This document shows, piece after piece, positions 1-10,325 of a DNA stretch of 41,328 nucleotides. Both the position numbers and the translations under genes were made by a program. The notes beneath the pieces are model-generated. The model saw nothing but the letters and a program-made list of their open reading frames with translations, was not told where the DNA came from and searched no databases. The stretch's first letter is position 1; each line of letters starts with the position of its first letter. The DNA comes from Eubacteriales bacterium (GTDB lineage Bacteria > Bacillota > Clostridia > Oscillospirales > SIG627), in the NCBI GenBank assembly GCA_045590715.1, contig JAZNRO010000129.1, forward strand, positions 1 through 41,328, read 5' to 3'.

Positions 1-71
1 TCGCAGTTCGCGGCGCCATCCCCGGTGCAAAGAACGGCATCGTGTTCATCCGTGACAGCGTAAAAGCTTAA
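1..71 (+). CDS. rplC: 50S ribosomal protein L3, 3' end (partial)
   Basis: Frame from nt 3 reads AVRGAIPGAKNGIVFIRDSVKA-stop (TAA 69-71), the L3 C-terminus, directly upstream of rplD. Confidence 0.92.
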   Translation, partial: AVRGAIPGAKNGIVFIRDSVKA

Positions 72-94
72 TCCAAGAGAAGGGAGAAAAATAA

Positions 95-721
95 ATGCCT
101 AACGTAAAAGTTTATGATATGGCAGGACAGGTTACCGGTGAAATCGCCCTTTCCGAGGAGCTCTTCGGCGCAGAAATCAATAAGAGCGTATTGCACAGCG
201 TTGTCCGCGCATATCTGATCAATCAAAGACAGGGTACTCAGTCTACCAAGACCCGCAGTGAAGTTTCCGGCGGCGGCAAAAAGCCCTGGAAGCAGAAAGG
301 TACCGGCAGAGCTCGTCAGGGTTCTACCCGTTCTCCTCAGTGGACTCACGGCGGTATCGCCCTGGGACCCAAGCCCCGTACATTCCACGTAAGTGTAAAC
401 AAGAAAGTGAAGAGAATCGCTCTGAAGAGTGCTCTCTCCGCAAAACTGGCTGAAAATGAGATTTTCGTAGTTGAAGGTCTGAAGGCTACCGAGTATAAGA
501 CCCGTCCTATGGTAAATATGCTCAACGCCCTCGGCGCTGACAGAAAGCCCCTCGTGGTACTTCCCGAAGTTGACAAAATGACCATTAAGAGCTTTGCCAA
601 CATCCCCGGTGCTACCACCTGCCAGGCTAACAACCTCAACGTTTACCAGATCCTCAACCACAGAAAGCTTGTGATCTCCAAAGAGTCCGTTGAAATCATG
701 GAGGAGGTATACAAAGCATGA
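95..721 (+). CDS. rplD: 50S ribosomal protein L4
   Basis: [33 protein letters not shown] motif. Confidence 0.99.
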   Translation: MPNVKVYDMAGQVTGEIALSEELFGAEINKSVLHSVVRAYLINQRQGTQSTKTRSEVSGGGKKPWKQKGTGRARQGSTRSPQWTHGGIALGPKPRTFHVSVNKKVKRIALKSALSAKLAENEIFVVEGLKATEYKTRPMVNMLNALGADRKPLVVLPEVDKMTIKSFANIPGATTCQANNLNVYQILNHRKLVISKESVEIMEEVYKA

Positions 722-1014
722 AAACAGCTTACGATATTATCTTAAAGCCGGTGATCACCGAAGCATCCATGACCGCTACCGCAACCCAGAAGAAGTACAC
801 CTTCCGCGTAGCAAAGGACGCTACTAAGATCGAGATCGCCCGCGCAGTAGAAGAATTGTTCAAAGTTGAAGTAAAGAGTGTTAACACCGTTTCTATGAAG
901 GCTAAGTCCAAGAGAATGGGTTACCACGTAGGCAAGACCAGCGAATGGAAAAAGGCCATCGTTACCTTGACTGAGAACTCCAAGACCATCGAGTTCTTCG
1001 ATGGAATGATGTAA
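718..1014 (+). CDS. rplW: 50S ribosomal protein L23
   Basis: PVITE...KYTFRV...WKKAIVTL; S10 operon order. Confidence 0.99.
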   Translation: MKTAYDIILKPVITEASMTATATQKKYTFRVAKDATKIEIARAVEELFKVEVKSVNTVSMKAKSKRMGYHVGKTSEWKKAIVTLTENSKTIEFFDGMM

Positions 1015-1026
1015 GGAGGTAACAAC

Positions 1027-1857
1027 ATGGCTGTAAAAGTCTATAAGCCGACTACCCCCGGCAGAAGAAATATGAGTGTGCAGGACTACTCCATGCTGAC
1101 CAAGAAAGCTCCCGAAAAGAGCCTTCTGGAACCCATGAAGAAGCACTCCGGCCGTAACAACCTCGGCCGCATCACCGTTCGTCATCACGGCGGCGGAAAC
1201 AGAAGAAAATACAGAATCATCGACTTCAAGAGACAGACCGAAGGCGTTGCAACCGTAATCGCTCTCGAGTACGATCCCAACAGAACCGCAAACATTGCTC
1301 TCATTCAGTACGAAGACGGCAAGAAGAGCTACATCATCGCTCCCGCGGATCTGAAAGTTGGTGATAAGATCAGCTCCGGTGCAGAATCCGATATCAAACC
1401 CGGTAATGCACTTCCCATCGCAAATATTCCTGTAGGTACTATGATCCACAACATCGAGCTCTACCCCGGTAGAGGCGCGCAGATGGTTCGTTCCGCAGGC
1501 GCTATGGCTCAGCTGATGGCAAAAGAAAACGGCATGGCTCAGGTAAGACTTCCTTCTTCCGAAGTAAGATTGGTTCGCCTGGACTGTGTTGCTACCATCG
1601 GTCAGGTAGGTAACCTGGAGCACGAAAACGTGAAGATCGGTAAAGCCGGTAAGAAGAGACATATGGGCATTCGTCCTACCGTACGCGGTTCCGTAATGAA
1701 CCCCTGCGATCACCCCCACGGTGGTGGTGAAGGTCGTTCTCCCATCGGTCGTCCCACTCCTGTTACTCCTTGGGGCAAACCCACCATGGGCTACAAGACC
1801 AGAAACAAGAAGGCGCGTACCAATAAGTTTATTGTGAAGCGCAAGAACGATCGCTGA
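1027..1857 (+). CDS. rplB: 50S ribosomal protein L2
   Basis: [33 protein letters not shown] motifs. Confidence 0.99.
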   Translation: MAVKVYKPTTPGRRNMSVQDYSMLTKKAPEKSLLEPMKKHSGRNNLGRITVRHHGGGNRRKYRIIDFKRQTEGVATVIALEYDPNRTANIALIQYEDGKKSYIIAPADLKVGDKISSGAESDIKPGNALPIANIPVGTMIHNIELYPGRGAQMVRSAGAMAQLMAKENGMAQVRLPSSEVRLVRLDCVATIGQVGNLEHENVKIGKAGKKRHMGIRPTVRGSVMNPCDHPHGGGEGRSPIGRPTPVTPWGKPTMGYKTRNKKARTNKFIVKRKNDR

Positions 1858-1875
1858 GAGAGGAGATAGGTAATT

Positions 1876-2151
1876 ATGTCTAGAAGCATTAAGAAAGGAC
1901 CTTTCGTCCAAGAGAAACTTTTTGCAGCAATCGTTGAGATGAACAACAAGAACGAAAAGAAGGTTATCAAGACCTGGTCCCGTTCTTCCACCATCTTCCC
2001 CGAATTTATCGGTCACACCATTGCTGTTTATGATGGCAGAAAACATGTTCCGGTATATGTAACTGAGGACATGGTTGGTCACAAACTGGGCGAGTTCGCT
2101 CTCACCCGTACTTTTAAGGGCCACTCCGGCTCCAAAGTAGCCAACCACTAA
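1876..2151 (+). CDS. rpsS: 30S ribosomal protein S19
   Basis: [10 protein letters not shown]...TWSRSSTI...GHKLGEF. Confidence 0.99.
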   Translation: MSRSIKKGPFVQEKLFAAIVEMNNKNEKKVIKTWSRSSTIFPEFIGHTIAVYDGRKHVPVYVTEDMVGHKLGEFALTRTFKGHSGSKVANH

Positions 2152-2171
2152 TCTAAAGGAGGAAACTGACA

Positions 2172-2531
2172 ATGAACGAAACGGCAAAGAAAAGAGCCGT
2201 GGCACACAGAAACGAAGTTCGGATTTCTCCGAGAAAAGTTCAGATCGTTCTTGACCTCATCAGAGGCAAAGATGCTGAACTGGCAAAGGGAATTCTGAAG
2301 AACACGACCAAAAGTGCCGCAGAACCTATTTTGAAGATTTTGAATGAAGCGATTGCAAACGCTGAAAACAATTTCCAGATGGATAAAGAAAAGCTTTTTG
2401 TTGCTGAGTGCTACGCTACTCCCGGCACCACGCTGAAGAGAATTCAGCCCAGAGCACAGGGTAGAGCATTCCGCATCTACAAGAGAGCTTCTCACATCAC
2501 CATCGCAGTAGAAGAGAAAGGAGGAAATTAA
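2172..2531 (+). CDS. rplV: 50S ribosomal protein L22
   Basis: RISPRK...PRAQGRA...SHITI. Confidence 0.98.
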   Translation: MNETAKKRAVAHRNEVRISPRKVQIVLDLIRGKDAELAKGILKNTTKSAAEPILKILNEAIANAENNFQMDKEKLFVAECYATPGTTLKRIQPRAQGRAFRIYKRASHITIAVEEKGGN

Positions 2532-2534
2532 GAG

Positions 2535-3308
2535 ATGGGACAGAAAGTTAATCCTCACGGCCTTCGTGTCGGTGTAATCAAAGACTGGGATTCCAGATGG
2601 TTTGCTAAGGATGAAGATTTCGGCGACACTCTTGTTTCCGACTACAAACTTAGAAAGTATCTGAAGGAAAAACTGCAGGCTGCAGGCGTTCCCAAGATCG
2701 AAATCGAAAGAACCGTTTCCAAGGTTCGCGTGACCATTCACTGCGCTAAACCCGGTATTATCATCGGCCGCGGCGGTGCAGAAATCGAAAAGCTTCGCGC
2801 AGAATTGGAAAAAATGCTCGGCAAGTCCGTTGCAGTAAACGTAGCAGAAGTTAAGCTCCCCGACCTGAATGCTCAGCTGGTTGCTGAAAACATCGCAGGT
2901 CAGTTGGAAAGAAGAATTTCCTTCCGCAGAGCTGTGAAACTTGCTATCGGCAGAACCATGCGCCTTGGCGCTCGCGGTATTAAGGTATGCGGCTCCGGCC
3001 GTATCGGCGGTGCAGAAATTGCCCGTACCGAGCACTACCACGAAGGTACCATCCCGCTGCAGACCATCCGTGCTGACATCGACTACGGCTTTGCTGAAGC
3101 CAATACCACCTACGGTAAAGTTGGTGTTAAGATCTGGATCTACAGAGGCGAGGTTCTTCAGACCGTAAACCGCACCAACCCCAGAAGAAACGATTTCCGT
3201 AACGACCGTCGTCCCCGCGGTGACAGAAAGCCCGGCGAACGCAGAGGCGATCGTAGATTCAACAACAATTCTTCCAGAGAAGGAGGACGCAGAAATGTTA
3301 ATGCCTAA
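2535..3308 (+). CDS. rpsC: 30S ribosomal protein S3 (Arg-rich C-terminal tail)
   Basis: [32 protein letters not shown]. Confidence 0.99.
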   Translation: MGQKVNPHGLRVGVIKDWDSRWFAKDEDFGDTLVSDYKLRKYLKEKLQAAGVPKIEIERTVSKVRVTIHCAKPGIIIGRGGAEIEKLRAELEKMLGKSVAVNVAEVKLPDLNAQLVAENIAGQLERRISFRRAVKLAIGRTMRLGARGIKVCGSGRIGGAEIARTEHYHEGTIPLQTIRADIDYGFAEANTTYGKVGVKIWIYRGEVLQTVNRTNPRRNDFRNDRRPRGDRKPGERRGDRRFNNNSSREGGRRNVNA

Positions 3309-3720
3309 GAGAGTCAAATATCGCCGCGTTCACCGTGGAAGATTGACCGGTAAGGCATATCGTGGCAACAAGGTTACCAATGGTACCTATGGTCTGATGG
3401 CACTGGAACCCGCTTGGGTTACCAGCAACCAGATCGAAGCTGCCCGTATTGCTATGACCCGTTACATCAAGCGTGGCGGTAAAGTTTGGATCAAGATTTT
3501 CCCCGACAAACCCATCACCGAGAAGCCTGCTGAAACCCGAATGGGTTCCGGTAAAGGTTCTCCCGAATACTGGGTTGCCGTTGTTAAGCCCGGCAGAGTA
3601 ATGTTCGAAATGGACGGAATCAGCGAAGAAGTTGCGAAAGAAGCAATGCGTCTGGCTTCCCACAAACTGCCGATCAAGTGTAAATTCGTAACCAAGGAAG
3701 TTAAGGAGGATACACTGTGA
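3295..3720 (+). CDS. rplP: 50S ribosomal protein L16
   Basis: [10 protein letters not shown]...[10 protein letters not shown]; start moved to ATG 3295 behind AGGAGG (3281-3286). Confidence 0.98.
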   Translation: MLMPKRVKYRRVHRGRLTGKAYRGNKVTNGTYGLMALEPAWVTSNQIEAARIAMTRYIKRGGKVWIKIFPDKPITEKPAETRMGSGKGSPEYWVAVVKPGRVMFEMDGISEEVAKEAMRLASHKLPIKCKFVTKEVKEDTL

Positions 3721-3932
3721 TGAAGTTAAACGAAATCAGAGAAAAGAATATCGACGAGTTGAATGCTGAGCTTGTTGCGAAGAAAGAAGAACTCTTCAAC
3801 CTCCGCTTCCAGCACGCCATCAACCAGCTGGATAACCCCCAGAAAATCGTAGAGGCTCGTAAGACCATCGCGCGTCTTATGACCGTGATCCGCGAGAAGG
3901 AAATCCAGGCTGACAAAGACTCCGCACAGTAA
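3720..3932 (+). CDS. rpmC: 50S ribosomal protein L29
   Basis: [10 protein letters not shown]...QLDNP...RKTIAR; ATG 3720 (alternative GTG 3717). Confidence 0.97.
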   Translation: MKLNEIREKNIDELNAELVAKKEELFNLRFQHAINQLDNPQKIVEARKTIARLMTVIREKEIQADKDSAQ

Positions 3933-3951
3933 GTAAAGGAGATTAGAGAAC

Positions 3952-4206
3952 ATGGATAGAAACCTGAGAAAGACCCGTGTAGGAAAGGTCGTTTCCAACG
4001 CTACCGATAAGACCATCGTTGTTGCAATCGAAGACAACGTAAAGCACCCCTTGTACAGCAAGATCATCAAGAAGACCGTAAAGTTTATGGCTCACGATGA
4101 AAACAACGAGTGCGGTGTTGGTGATAAGGTAGAAATCATGGAAACCAGACCCCTTTCCAAGAATAAAAGATGGCGCCTTGTCAGAATTATTGAAAAGGCG
4201 AAATAA
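3952..4206 (+). CDS. rpsQ: 30S ribosomal protein S17
   Basis: GKVVS...DKTIVV...HPLY...[11 protein letters not shown]. Confidence 0.99.
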   Translation: MDRNLRKTRVGKVVSNATDKTIVVAIEDNVKHPLYSKIIKKTVKFMAHDENNECGVGDKVEIMETRPLSKNKRWRLVRIIEKAK

Positions 4207-4228
4207 ACCGACCAGGAGGTAACGAAAA

Positions 4229-4597
4229 GTGATTCAGCAAGAAAGCAGAATGAAAGTCGCCGACAACACCGGCGCAAAAGAACTGCTTTGCATCCGCGTC
4301 CTCGGTGGCACCGGCAGACGTTATGCTGGCATTGGCGACGTAGTCGTTTGTGCAGTGAAAAAAGCGGCTCCCGGCGGCATGGTGAAAAAGGGCGACGTGG
4401 TAAAGGCTGTTGTTGTTAGAACCGTACAGCCCACCCGCAGAAACGACGGATCCTACGTAAGATTCGACGAAAACGCAGCAGTTATCATCAAAGAAGACAA
4501 GAACCCCAGGGGAACCCGTATTTTCGGACCGGTTGCAAGAGAACTTCGTGATAAAGACTATCTGAAGATCCTCTCTCTCGCTCCTGAAGTACTCTAA
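4229..4597 (+). CDS. rplN: 50S ribosomal protein L14
   Basis: GTG start; VADNTGAK...[13 protein letters not shown]...SLAPEVL. Confidence 0.99.
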   Translation: MIQQESRMKVADNTGAKELLCIRVLGGTGRRYAGIGDVVVCAVKKAAPGGMVKKGDVVKAVVVRTVQPTRRNDGSYVRFDENAAVIIKEDKNPRGTRIFGPVARELRDKDYLKILSLAPEVL

Positions 4598-4625
4598 GCC
4601 TTGTCCCGCTTATCGTAACATATCG

Positions 4626-4687
4626 AAAGGAGAAAAGTGCTGAGCAATTCTCATAAAGAAGAATTGTAGGCAGCACGCCTAAGAACA
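4626..4687 (+). promoter_or_regulatory. rplN-rplX intergenic hairpin with SD-led 10-codon minigene (putative regulatory leader)
   Basis: SD AAAGGAG 4626-4632; GTG 4637..TAG 4669; stem GTGCTG/CAGCAC plus CAATTCT/AGAATTG. Confidence 0.45.
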
Positions 4688-5029
4688 ATGAGTAACAAGC
4701 TTCACATTAAAAAAGGCGATACAGTCGTTTTGAATGTTGGCAGCTATTCCAACAAGTTCACGAAGCCCGGCGAACGCAAGACCGGTAAGGTTTTGGAAGT
4801 TAGCCCCAAGGAAGGCAAAGTGATCGTGGAAGGCATCAACATGGTGACCAAGCACGTGAAGCCCAGAAAACAGGGCGAAGCCGGCGGTATCGTACAGGCA
4901 GAGGCTCCCATCAACGCATGCAAGGTTAGCGTTTACTGCCCCAAGTGCAAGAAGGGTGTCAGAACCAAAATCAAAGTAGAAGACGGTAATAAGACCCGCG
5001 TTTGTGCAAAATGCGGTGCTGAACTGTAA
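4688..5029 (+). CDS. rplX: 50S ribosomal protein L24
   Basis: IKKGDTV...[15 protein letters not shown]...EAPI; C-terminal CPKC/CAKC. Confidence 0.98.
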   Translation: MSNKLHIKKGDTVVLNVGSYSNKFTKPGERKTGKVLEVSPKEGKVIVEGINMVTKHVKPRKQGEAGGIVQAEAPINACKVSVYCPKCKKGVRTKIKVEDGNKTRVCAKCGAEL

Positions 5030-5043
5030 GGGAGGATACTGAA

Positions 5044-5583
5044 ATGGTAAAAATGAAAGAATTTTATCTGAACGAAGTTGCTCCCGCTATGATGGAGGAA
5101 TTCAAGTATAAGAGCGTTATGCAGATCCCCAAGATCGACAAGATCGTGGTGAACGTAGGCGCAGGCGAAGCAAAAGAGAACGCTAAAGTAATCGATAACA
5201 TCATCGACGACCTTTCTGCCATCACCGGTCAGAAAGCAGTTCCCACCTTCGCAAAGAAATCCGTTGCAAACTTCAAGCTCCGTCAGGGCCAGAAGATCGG
5301 TGCAAAAGTTACCCTCCGCGGTGACGTTATGTACGAATTCATCGATCGTCTGTTCCACCTGGCACTGCCCAGAGTTCGTGACTTTAAGGGTATCAACCCT
5401 GATGCATTCGACGGACGCGGAAACTACTCTCTCGGTATCAAAGAGCAGCTGATCTTCCCCGAAATCGAATACGACAAGATCGACAAAATCCGCGGTATGG
5501 ACATTGTGTTCGTAACCACCGCTAACACCGATGAAGAAGCACGCAAGCTGCTCTCTCTCATGGGTGCACCGTTTGCAAGATAA
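5044..5583 (+). CDS. rplE: 50S ribosomal protein L5
   Basis: PKIDKIVVN...ITGQK...LPRVRDFKG...FDGRGNY. Confidence 0.99.
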   Translation: MVKMKEFYLNEVAPAMMEEFKYKSVMQIPKIDKIVVNVGAGEAKENAKVIDNIIDDLSAITGQKAVPTFAKKSVANFKLRQGQKIGAKVTLRGDVMYEFIDRLFHLALPRVRDFKGINPDAFDGRGNYSLGIKEQLIFPEIEYDKIDKIRGMDIVFVTTANTDEEARKLLSLMGAPFAR

Positions 5584-5601
5584 GGTAAGGAGGAAAAGAA
5601 A

Positions 5602-5787
5602 ATGGCAAAGAAAGCGATGATCTTGAAGCAGCAGAAAAAGCAGAAGTATTCTACCAGAGAATACACCAGATGCAAGATCTGCGGCCGTCCCCATGCTTAT
5701 CTTCGTAAATTCGGTATCTGCCGTATCTGCTTCCGCGAATTGGCTTACAAGGGCCAGATCCCCGGAGTAAGAAAGGCAAGCTGGTAA
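5602..5787 (+). CDS. rpsN: 30S ribosomal protein S14, zinc-binding type Z
   Basis: 61 aa, CKIC...[13 protein letters not shown]. Confidence 0.99.
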   Translation: MAKKAMILKQQKKQKYSTREYTRCKICGRPHAYLRKFGICRICFRELAYKGQIPGVRKASW

Positions 5788-5855
5788 GAATCCGGCAAAA
5801 TATGTGTTCAAGTGCGGCTTTGCCGCAAACTAAATGCAATTAGGAGGAAAATTAA

Positions 5856-6254
5856 ATGCAAATTTCAGACGTTATTGCTGATATGCTCACTCGTATCAGA
5901 AACGCAAATGCTGCAAAGCATGAAAGTGTTGATATCCCCAACTCCAACATGAAGAGAGCAATCGCTCAGATCCTGCTGGACGAAGGTTATATCAAAGGTT
6001 TTGAAGTTGTGGACAACGGAAACCAGGGTATCATTCGTGTGACCCTGAAGTACGGTCCCAACAAGCAGAGAATCATTCAGGGTATTCGCAGAGTATCTAA
6101 GCCCGGTCTTCGTATCTACGCTAGCTGTGAAGAAATCCCTCAGGTTATGCACGGTCTCGGTGTTGCCATCGTATCCACTTCTAAGGGTATTATGACCGAC
6201 CGCGCTGCAAGAAAAGCAAACGTTGGCGGCGAAGTGCTCGCTTTCGTTTGGTAA
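5856..6254 (+). CDS. rpsH: 30S ribosomal protein S8
   Basis: [13 protein letters not shown]...[10 protein letters not shown]...GGEVLAFVW. Confidence 0.99.
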   Translation: MQISDVIADMLTRIRNANAAKHESVDIPNSNMKRAIAQILLDEGYIKGFEVVDNGNQGIIRVTLKYGPNKQRIIQGIRRVSKPGLRIYASCEEIPQVMHGLGVAIVSTSKGIMTDRAARKANVGGEVLAFVW

Positions 6255-6269
6255 GGGAGGGTAATTGAT

Positions 6270-6806
6270 ATGTCTAGAATTGGATTGAAGCCCATTGCGA
6301 TCCCCGCAGGCGTTAAGGTTACCGTAAACGGTAGCACCGTTACTGTTCAGGGTCCCAAAGGTACTCTCACAAAAGAAATCAGCCCCTTGATGATCGTCGA
6401 AGTTGGCGCTACCGAGATCCTCGTAAAGCGTCCCAACGATGAAAAGACTGCAAAGAGCCTCCACGGCCTTTCCCGTACCCTCATCTCCAACATGGTAGAG
6501 GGTGTTACCCAGGGATTCAAGAAGGACCTGGAAATCAGCGAAGGCGGTTACCGCGTTGCAAAGAAAGGCAACCAGATCGTAATGAACCTGGGTTATTCCC
6601 ACGACGTTGTTATGACCGAAGAAGACGGTATCACCTTTGAAGTACCGGATGCCAACCACATCTCCGTTTGCGGTATCGACAAGCAGAGAGTTGGCCAGGT
6701 TGCTGCTGAAGTAAGAGGTAAAAGACCTCCCGAACCCTACCTGGGCAAGGGCGTTAAGTACGTTGGCGAACGCATTCGCCGTAAATCCGGTAAGGCCGGT
6801 AAATAA
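6270..6806 (+). CDS. rplF: 50S ribosomal protein L6
   Basis: MSRIG...GPKGTL...LGYSH...PPEPYLGKG. Confidence 0.98.
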   Translation: MSRIGLKPIAIPAGVKVTVNGSTVTVQGPKGTLTKEISPLMIVEVGATEILVKRPNDEKTAKSLHGLSRTLISNMVEGVTQGFKKDLEISEGGYRVAKKGNQIVMNLGYSHDVVMTEEDGITFEVPDANHISVCGIDKQRVGQVAAEVRGKRPPEPYLGKGVKYVGERIRRKSGKAGK

Positions 6807-6824
6807 GGAAAGGAGTGGAAATAA

Positions 6825-7184
6825 ATGGTTTCTCGCGTTGATACTAATAAAAAACGTATTAGAAGACATAAAAGAGTCCGCGGTAAGATTTTCGGTACCG
6901 CACAGAAGCCTAGACTTTGCGTTTTCAGATCTCTGAAAAACATCTACGCTCAGGTTATCGATGACCAGACCGGTAAGACTCTGGCCTCCGCTTCCTCCCT
7001 TGATAAGGAATTCAATCAGTACGGCGGCAACAAAGAGGCCGCAAAGCTTGTGGGACAGGCAGTTGCAAAAGCTGCTCTGGAAAAAGGCATTACTGAAGTC
7101 GTATTTGACCGTGGCGGTTACATCTTCCACGGACGCGTTCAGGAATTGGCCGAAGGCGCCCGCGAAGCTGGTTTAAAATTCTAA
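6825..7184 (+). CDS. rplR: 50S ribosomal protein L18
   Basis: PRLCVFRS...[13 protein letters not shown]...AREAGLKF. Confidence 0.99.
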   Translation: MVSRVDTNKKRIRRHKRVRGKIFGTAQKPRLCVFRSLKNIYAQVIDDQTGKTLASASSLDKEFNQYGGNKEAAKLVGQAVAKAALEKGITEVVFDRGGYIFHGRVQELAEGAREAGLKF

Positions 7185-7197
7185 AGGGGGAAATGAT

Positions 7198-7701
7198 ATG
7201 GCACAGAAAATTGATGCGGCTACTCTCGATCTGAGAGAAGACGTTGTTTACACCAAAAGCGTTTCCAAAACCGTAAAAGGTGGTCGTGTACGTAAGTTCT
7301 CCGCACTGGTTGTGGTAGGCGACGGTCAGGGTCACGTAGGCTACGGCCTCGGAAAGGCTTCCGAGCGTCCTGAAGCTGTCCGCAAGGGCGTTGAAGACGC
7401 AAAGAAAAATATGATTAAGGTTTCCACCAAGGGAACCACTATTCCTCACGAGATCCTTGGCGTGTTCGGCGCTGGCAAAGTTCTTCTGAAGCCCGCTCCC
7501 AAGGGTACCGGTATCATTGCCGGTGGCAAGGTGAAGAGTGTTCTGCAGCTGGCAGGCATTTCCGACATCCGTGCAAAGTGCCTGGGCACCAACAACCCCG
7601 GCAACGTTGTAAAGGCAACCTTTGAAGGCCTTCGCGCTCTCCGTTCTGCTCAGGAAGTAGCAGAAATGAGAGGCAAGACTACTGAGGAAATTCTGAACTG
7701 A
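7198..7701 (+). CDS. rpsE: 30S ribosomal protein S5
   Basis: KTVKGGR...FSALVVVGD...[14 protein letters not shown]. Confidence 0.98.
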   Translation: MAQKIDAATLDLREDVVYTKSVSKTVKGGRVRKFSALVVVGDGQGHVGYGLGKASERPEAVRKGVEDAKKNMIKVSTKGTTIPHEILGVFGAGKVLLKPAPKGTGIIAGGKVKSVLQLAGISDIRAKCLGTNNPGNVVKATFEGLRALRSAQEVAEMRGKTTEEILN

Positions 7702-7717
7702 ACGAGGAGGAGAAACA

Positions 7718-7894
7718 ATGGCTCTTAAAATTACTCTCGAGAAAAGCCTGATCGGCAGACTCGAAAAGCAGAAAAAGACTGCTGCTTCCCTCGGCCTGAA
7801 GAAAATCGGCGATTTTACCGTTCAGGAAGATAACGCAGCAGTGAAGGGCAAAATCGAAGTGATCAAACATATGGTTCGCGTCGAGAACGCCTGA
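7718..7894 (+). CDS. rpmD: 50S ribosomal protein L30 (not in ORF track)
   Basis: Manual translation [58 protein letters not shown]; RBS GAGGAGG; between rpsE and rplO. Confidence 0.97.
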   Translation: MALKITLEKSLIGRLEKQKKTAASLGLKKIGDFTVQEDNAAVKGKIEVIKHMVRVENA

Positions 7895-7913
7895 GAAAAT
7901 AGGAGGAAACACA

Positions 7914-8357
7914 ATGAAGCTTCATGAATTGGCTCCTGCCGTGCCCACCAAAAAGGCATGGCGCAAGGGCAGAGGCCCTGGCTCCGGCAACGGTAAAACC
8001 GGTGGCCGTGGACATAAGGGTCAGCAGGCTCGCTCCGGTGGCGGTGTTCGCATCGGCTTCGAAGGCGGTCAGATGCCTGCATATAGAAGACTTCCCAAAC
8101 GTGGTTTTAACAACGACAGATTTGCAACCAATTACGCAATCGTAAATCTTTCCGATCTGGAAAAGCTTTTCGATAACGGCGCAGTTGTTGATCTGGTTGC
8201 ACTGGTGGAAGCAAATGTAATTTCTAAGCCGCTGGACGGTCTTAAGGTTCTTGGCAACGGTAATCTTACCAAAAAGCTGACTGTAAAGGCTCACAAGATT
8301 TCCGAAGCTGCGAAGGCTAAGATCGAAGCAGTAGGCGGAACGGTTGAGGTGATCTAA
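7914..8357 (+). CDS. rplO: 50S ribosomal protein L15
   Basis: [19 protein letters not shown]...FEGGQMP...LPKRGF. Confidence 0.99.
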   Translation: MKLHELAPAVPTKKAWRKGRGPGSGNGKTGGRGHKGQQARSGGGVRIGFEGGQMPAYRRLPKRGFNNDRFATNYAIVNLSDLEKLFDNGAVVDLVALVEANVISKPLDGLKVLGNGNLTKKLTVKAHKISEAAKAKIEAVGGTVEVI

Positions 8358-9689
8358 GTGCTTAAAACATTCGCTAACGCTTGGAAGCTCCCTGATCTCC
8401 GCAAGAAAATGCTTTTTACGCTGATGATCATCGTAATTTACCGTATCGGTTGTGTCCTTCCGGTTCCTTTTATTGATCCCAAGGCCATCGCTGATTGGTT
8501 TTCTCAGGAGACCTCAGGCACGATGCTCCAGTATTTGAACATTTTATCTGGTAGCGCATTTTCCCAAGCGACTTTGTTCGCACTTTCCGTATCCCCTTAC
8601 ATTACTTCTTCTATCGTTATCCAGCTTCTTACCATTGCAATTCCTGCTTTGGAAAGACTGTCTAAAGAAGGCGAAGAAGGAAAGAAAAAAATCACCCAGA
8701 TCACCCGTGTTGCAACCGTTGCAATCGCACTGATCACCTCTTTCGGTTACTACGTAACCTTAAAGAGCAGTGCGGTGAACGCGATCTCCGATCCCAACTG
8801 GTTCAAAGCAACCGTGATCATCGCCTGTCATTGCGCAGGTGCAGCTCTTATTATGTGGCTGGCTGAAAAAATCAATGAGAGTGGTCTCGGCAACGGTATC
8901 TCCATGATTCTTTTCGCGAACATCATTGCCGCGCTTCCTACCATGGTAACCGGCTTTGTGAATACGCTGAATCTTGGCGGTGACGTTTCCTTCAAGAGCA
9001 TCACCTCTACCATTTTGGTTTATGCACTCTTTATCGTCATCGCGATTCTGATCGTCGCATTCGTTGTCTTCATGACCGAATCCGAAAGAAAGATTTCTGT
9101 TCAGTACGCAAAGAGAGTAGTAGGCCGTAAGATGTACGGCGGTCAGAGCACTCACCTTCCCATTAAGTTGAACATGTCCGGCGTTATGCCCATCATCTTT
9201 GCATCCAGCATTCTTATGCTCCCTGCAACGGTGGCCATGTTCTTCCCGGATCCCAAAGCGGGCTCCTTCTGGGCAGGCTTCTTGAGTCTCTTCAGCACCA
9301 CCAACATCTTCTATGTACTCATTGAACTTGTTCTCATCATTGCGTTCTCTTACTTCTATCTTGCGATTTCCTTTAATCCCGTAGAAGTAGCGAACAATCT
9401 GAAGAAGAACGGTGGATTTATCCCCGGACTCCGTCCCGGTAAACCTACCAGTGATTTCATTTCCAGCTCCCTGAAGAAGATCACCCTCATCGGTGCATTC
9501 TTCCTGGCAGCCATTGCCGTACTCCCGATGGTCGTAAACATCATCTCCTCTTTGGTAGGCGGTGTTGACCTTGGCAGCGTTTCCTTCGGTGGAACCTCCA
9601 TGCTCATCGTAGTAGGCGTTGTACTGGAAACCGTTCGTGACCTGGAATCCCAGATCACCATGAGACACTATAAAGGATTTCTTGGGTAA
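8358..9689 (+). CDS. secY: Preprotein translocase subunit SecY
   Basis: Multi-pass membrane protein with PYITSSIV, GNGISM, GVMPIIFA, FIPGLRPG; GTG start. Confidence 0.99.
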   Translation: MLKTFANAWKLPDLRKKMLFTLMIIVIYRIGCVLPVPFIDPKAIADWFSQETSGTMLQYLNILSGSAFSQATLFALSVSPYITSSIVIQLLTIAIPALERLSKEGEEGKKKITQITRVATVAIALITSFGYYVTLKSSAVNAISDPNWFKATVIIACHCAGAALIMWLAEKINESGLGNGISMILFANIIAALPTMVTGFVNTLNLGGDVSFKSITSTILVYALFIVIAILIVAFVVFMTESERKISVQYAKRVVGRKMYGGQSTHLPIKLNMSGVMPIIFASSILMLPATVAMFFPDPKAGSFWAGFLSLFSTTNIFYVLIELVLIIAFSYFYLAISFNPVEVANNLKKNGGFIPGLRPGKPTSDFISSSLKKITLIGAFFLAAIAVLPMVVNIISSLVGGVDLGSVSFGGTSMLIVVGVVLETVRDLESQITMRHYKGFLG

Positions 9690-9698
9690 AAAGTAAAA

Positions 9699-10325
9699 AT
9701 GAAATTGATTTTTCTCGGAGCGCCCGGTGCCGGAAAAGGAACGCAGGCAGCGCGTATCAGCGCCGCCCTTGCGATTCCGGCAATTTCAACCGGCGACATC
9801 ATAAGATCGGCCATCAAAGAAGGAACCCCCTTGGGCCTTGAATTCAAGCGCTATACCGATTCCGGTTCCTTGGTTCCCGATGACCTGGTTTGCGCCTTGG
9901 TCAAAGAAAGACTGTTAAAACCCGATTGCGAGAAGGGTTTTATCCTGGATGGCTTTCCTCGCACGTTAGAACAGGCAAAATTCCTGGACGAAAACCAGAT
10001 CGTTATTGACGGTGTCCTTGAGATCCAGGTAAGTGATGAGGATATCGTAGAGCGTATGGGCGGCAGAAGATTTTGTCCCCAGTGCCAGAAGACTTATCAC
10101 GTAATTTATTCTAAACCTGCGGAAGAAGGGGTTTGTGACACTTGCAAAGTGGCACTTTCTATCCGAGAGGATGACAAACCCGAAACCGTTCTTCATCGCT
10201 TATCGGTATATCACAAGCAGACCGAGCCTTTGATCTCTTATTACGAAGCAAAGCTCCGCTCTGTTGACGGTACCAAAAGTCCTGAGGAGATCACCAAAGA
10301 GATCCTCAAGGTTCTGGGCGAATGA
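9699..10325 (+). CDS. adk: Adenylate kinase (zinc-type LID)
   Basis: GAPGAGKGT P-loop, LDGFPRT, CPQC...CDTC LID. Confidence 0.99.
   Translation: MKLIFLGAPGAGKGTQAARISAALAIPAISTGDIIRSAIKEGTPLGLEFKRYTDSGSLVPDDLVCALVKERLLKPDCEKGFILDGFPRTLEQAKFLDENQIVIDGVLEIQVSDEDIVERMGGRRFCPQCQKTYHVIYSKPAEEGVCDTCKVALSIREDDKPETVLHRLSVYHKQTEPLISYYEAKLRSVDGTKSPEEITKEILKVLGE

Noticed and set aside
3165-3308. Arg/Asn-rich S3 tail overlapping the rplP start
   Set aside because: Variable basic S3 tails are common in bacteria.
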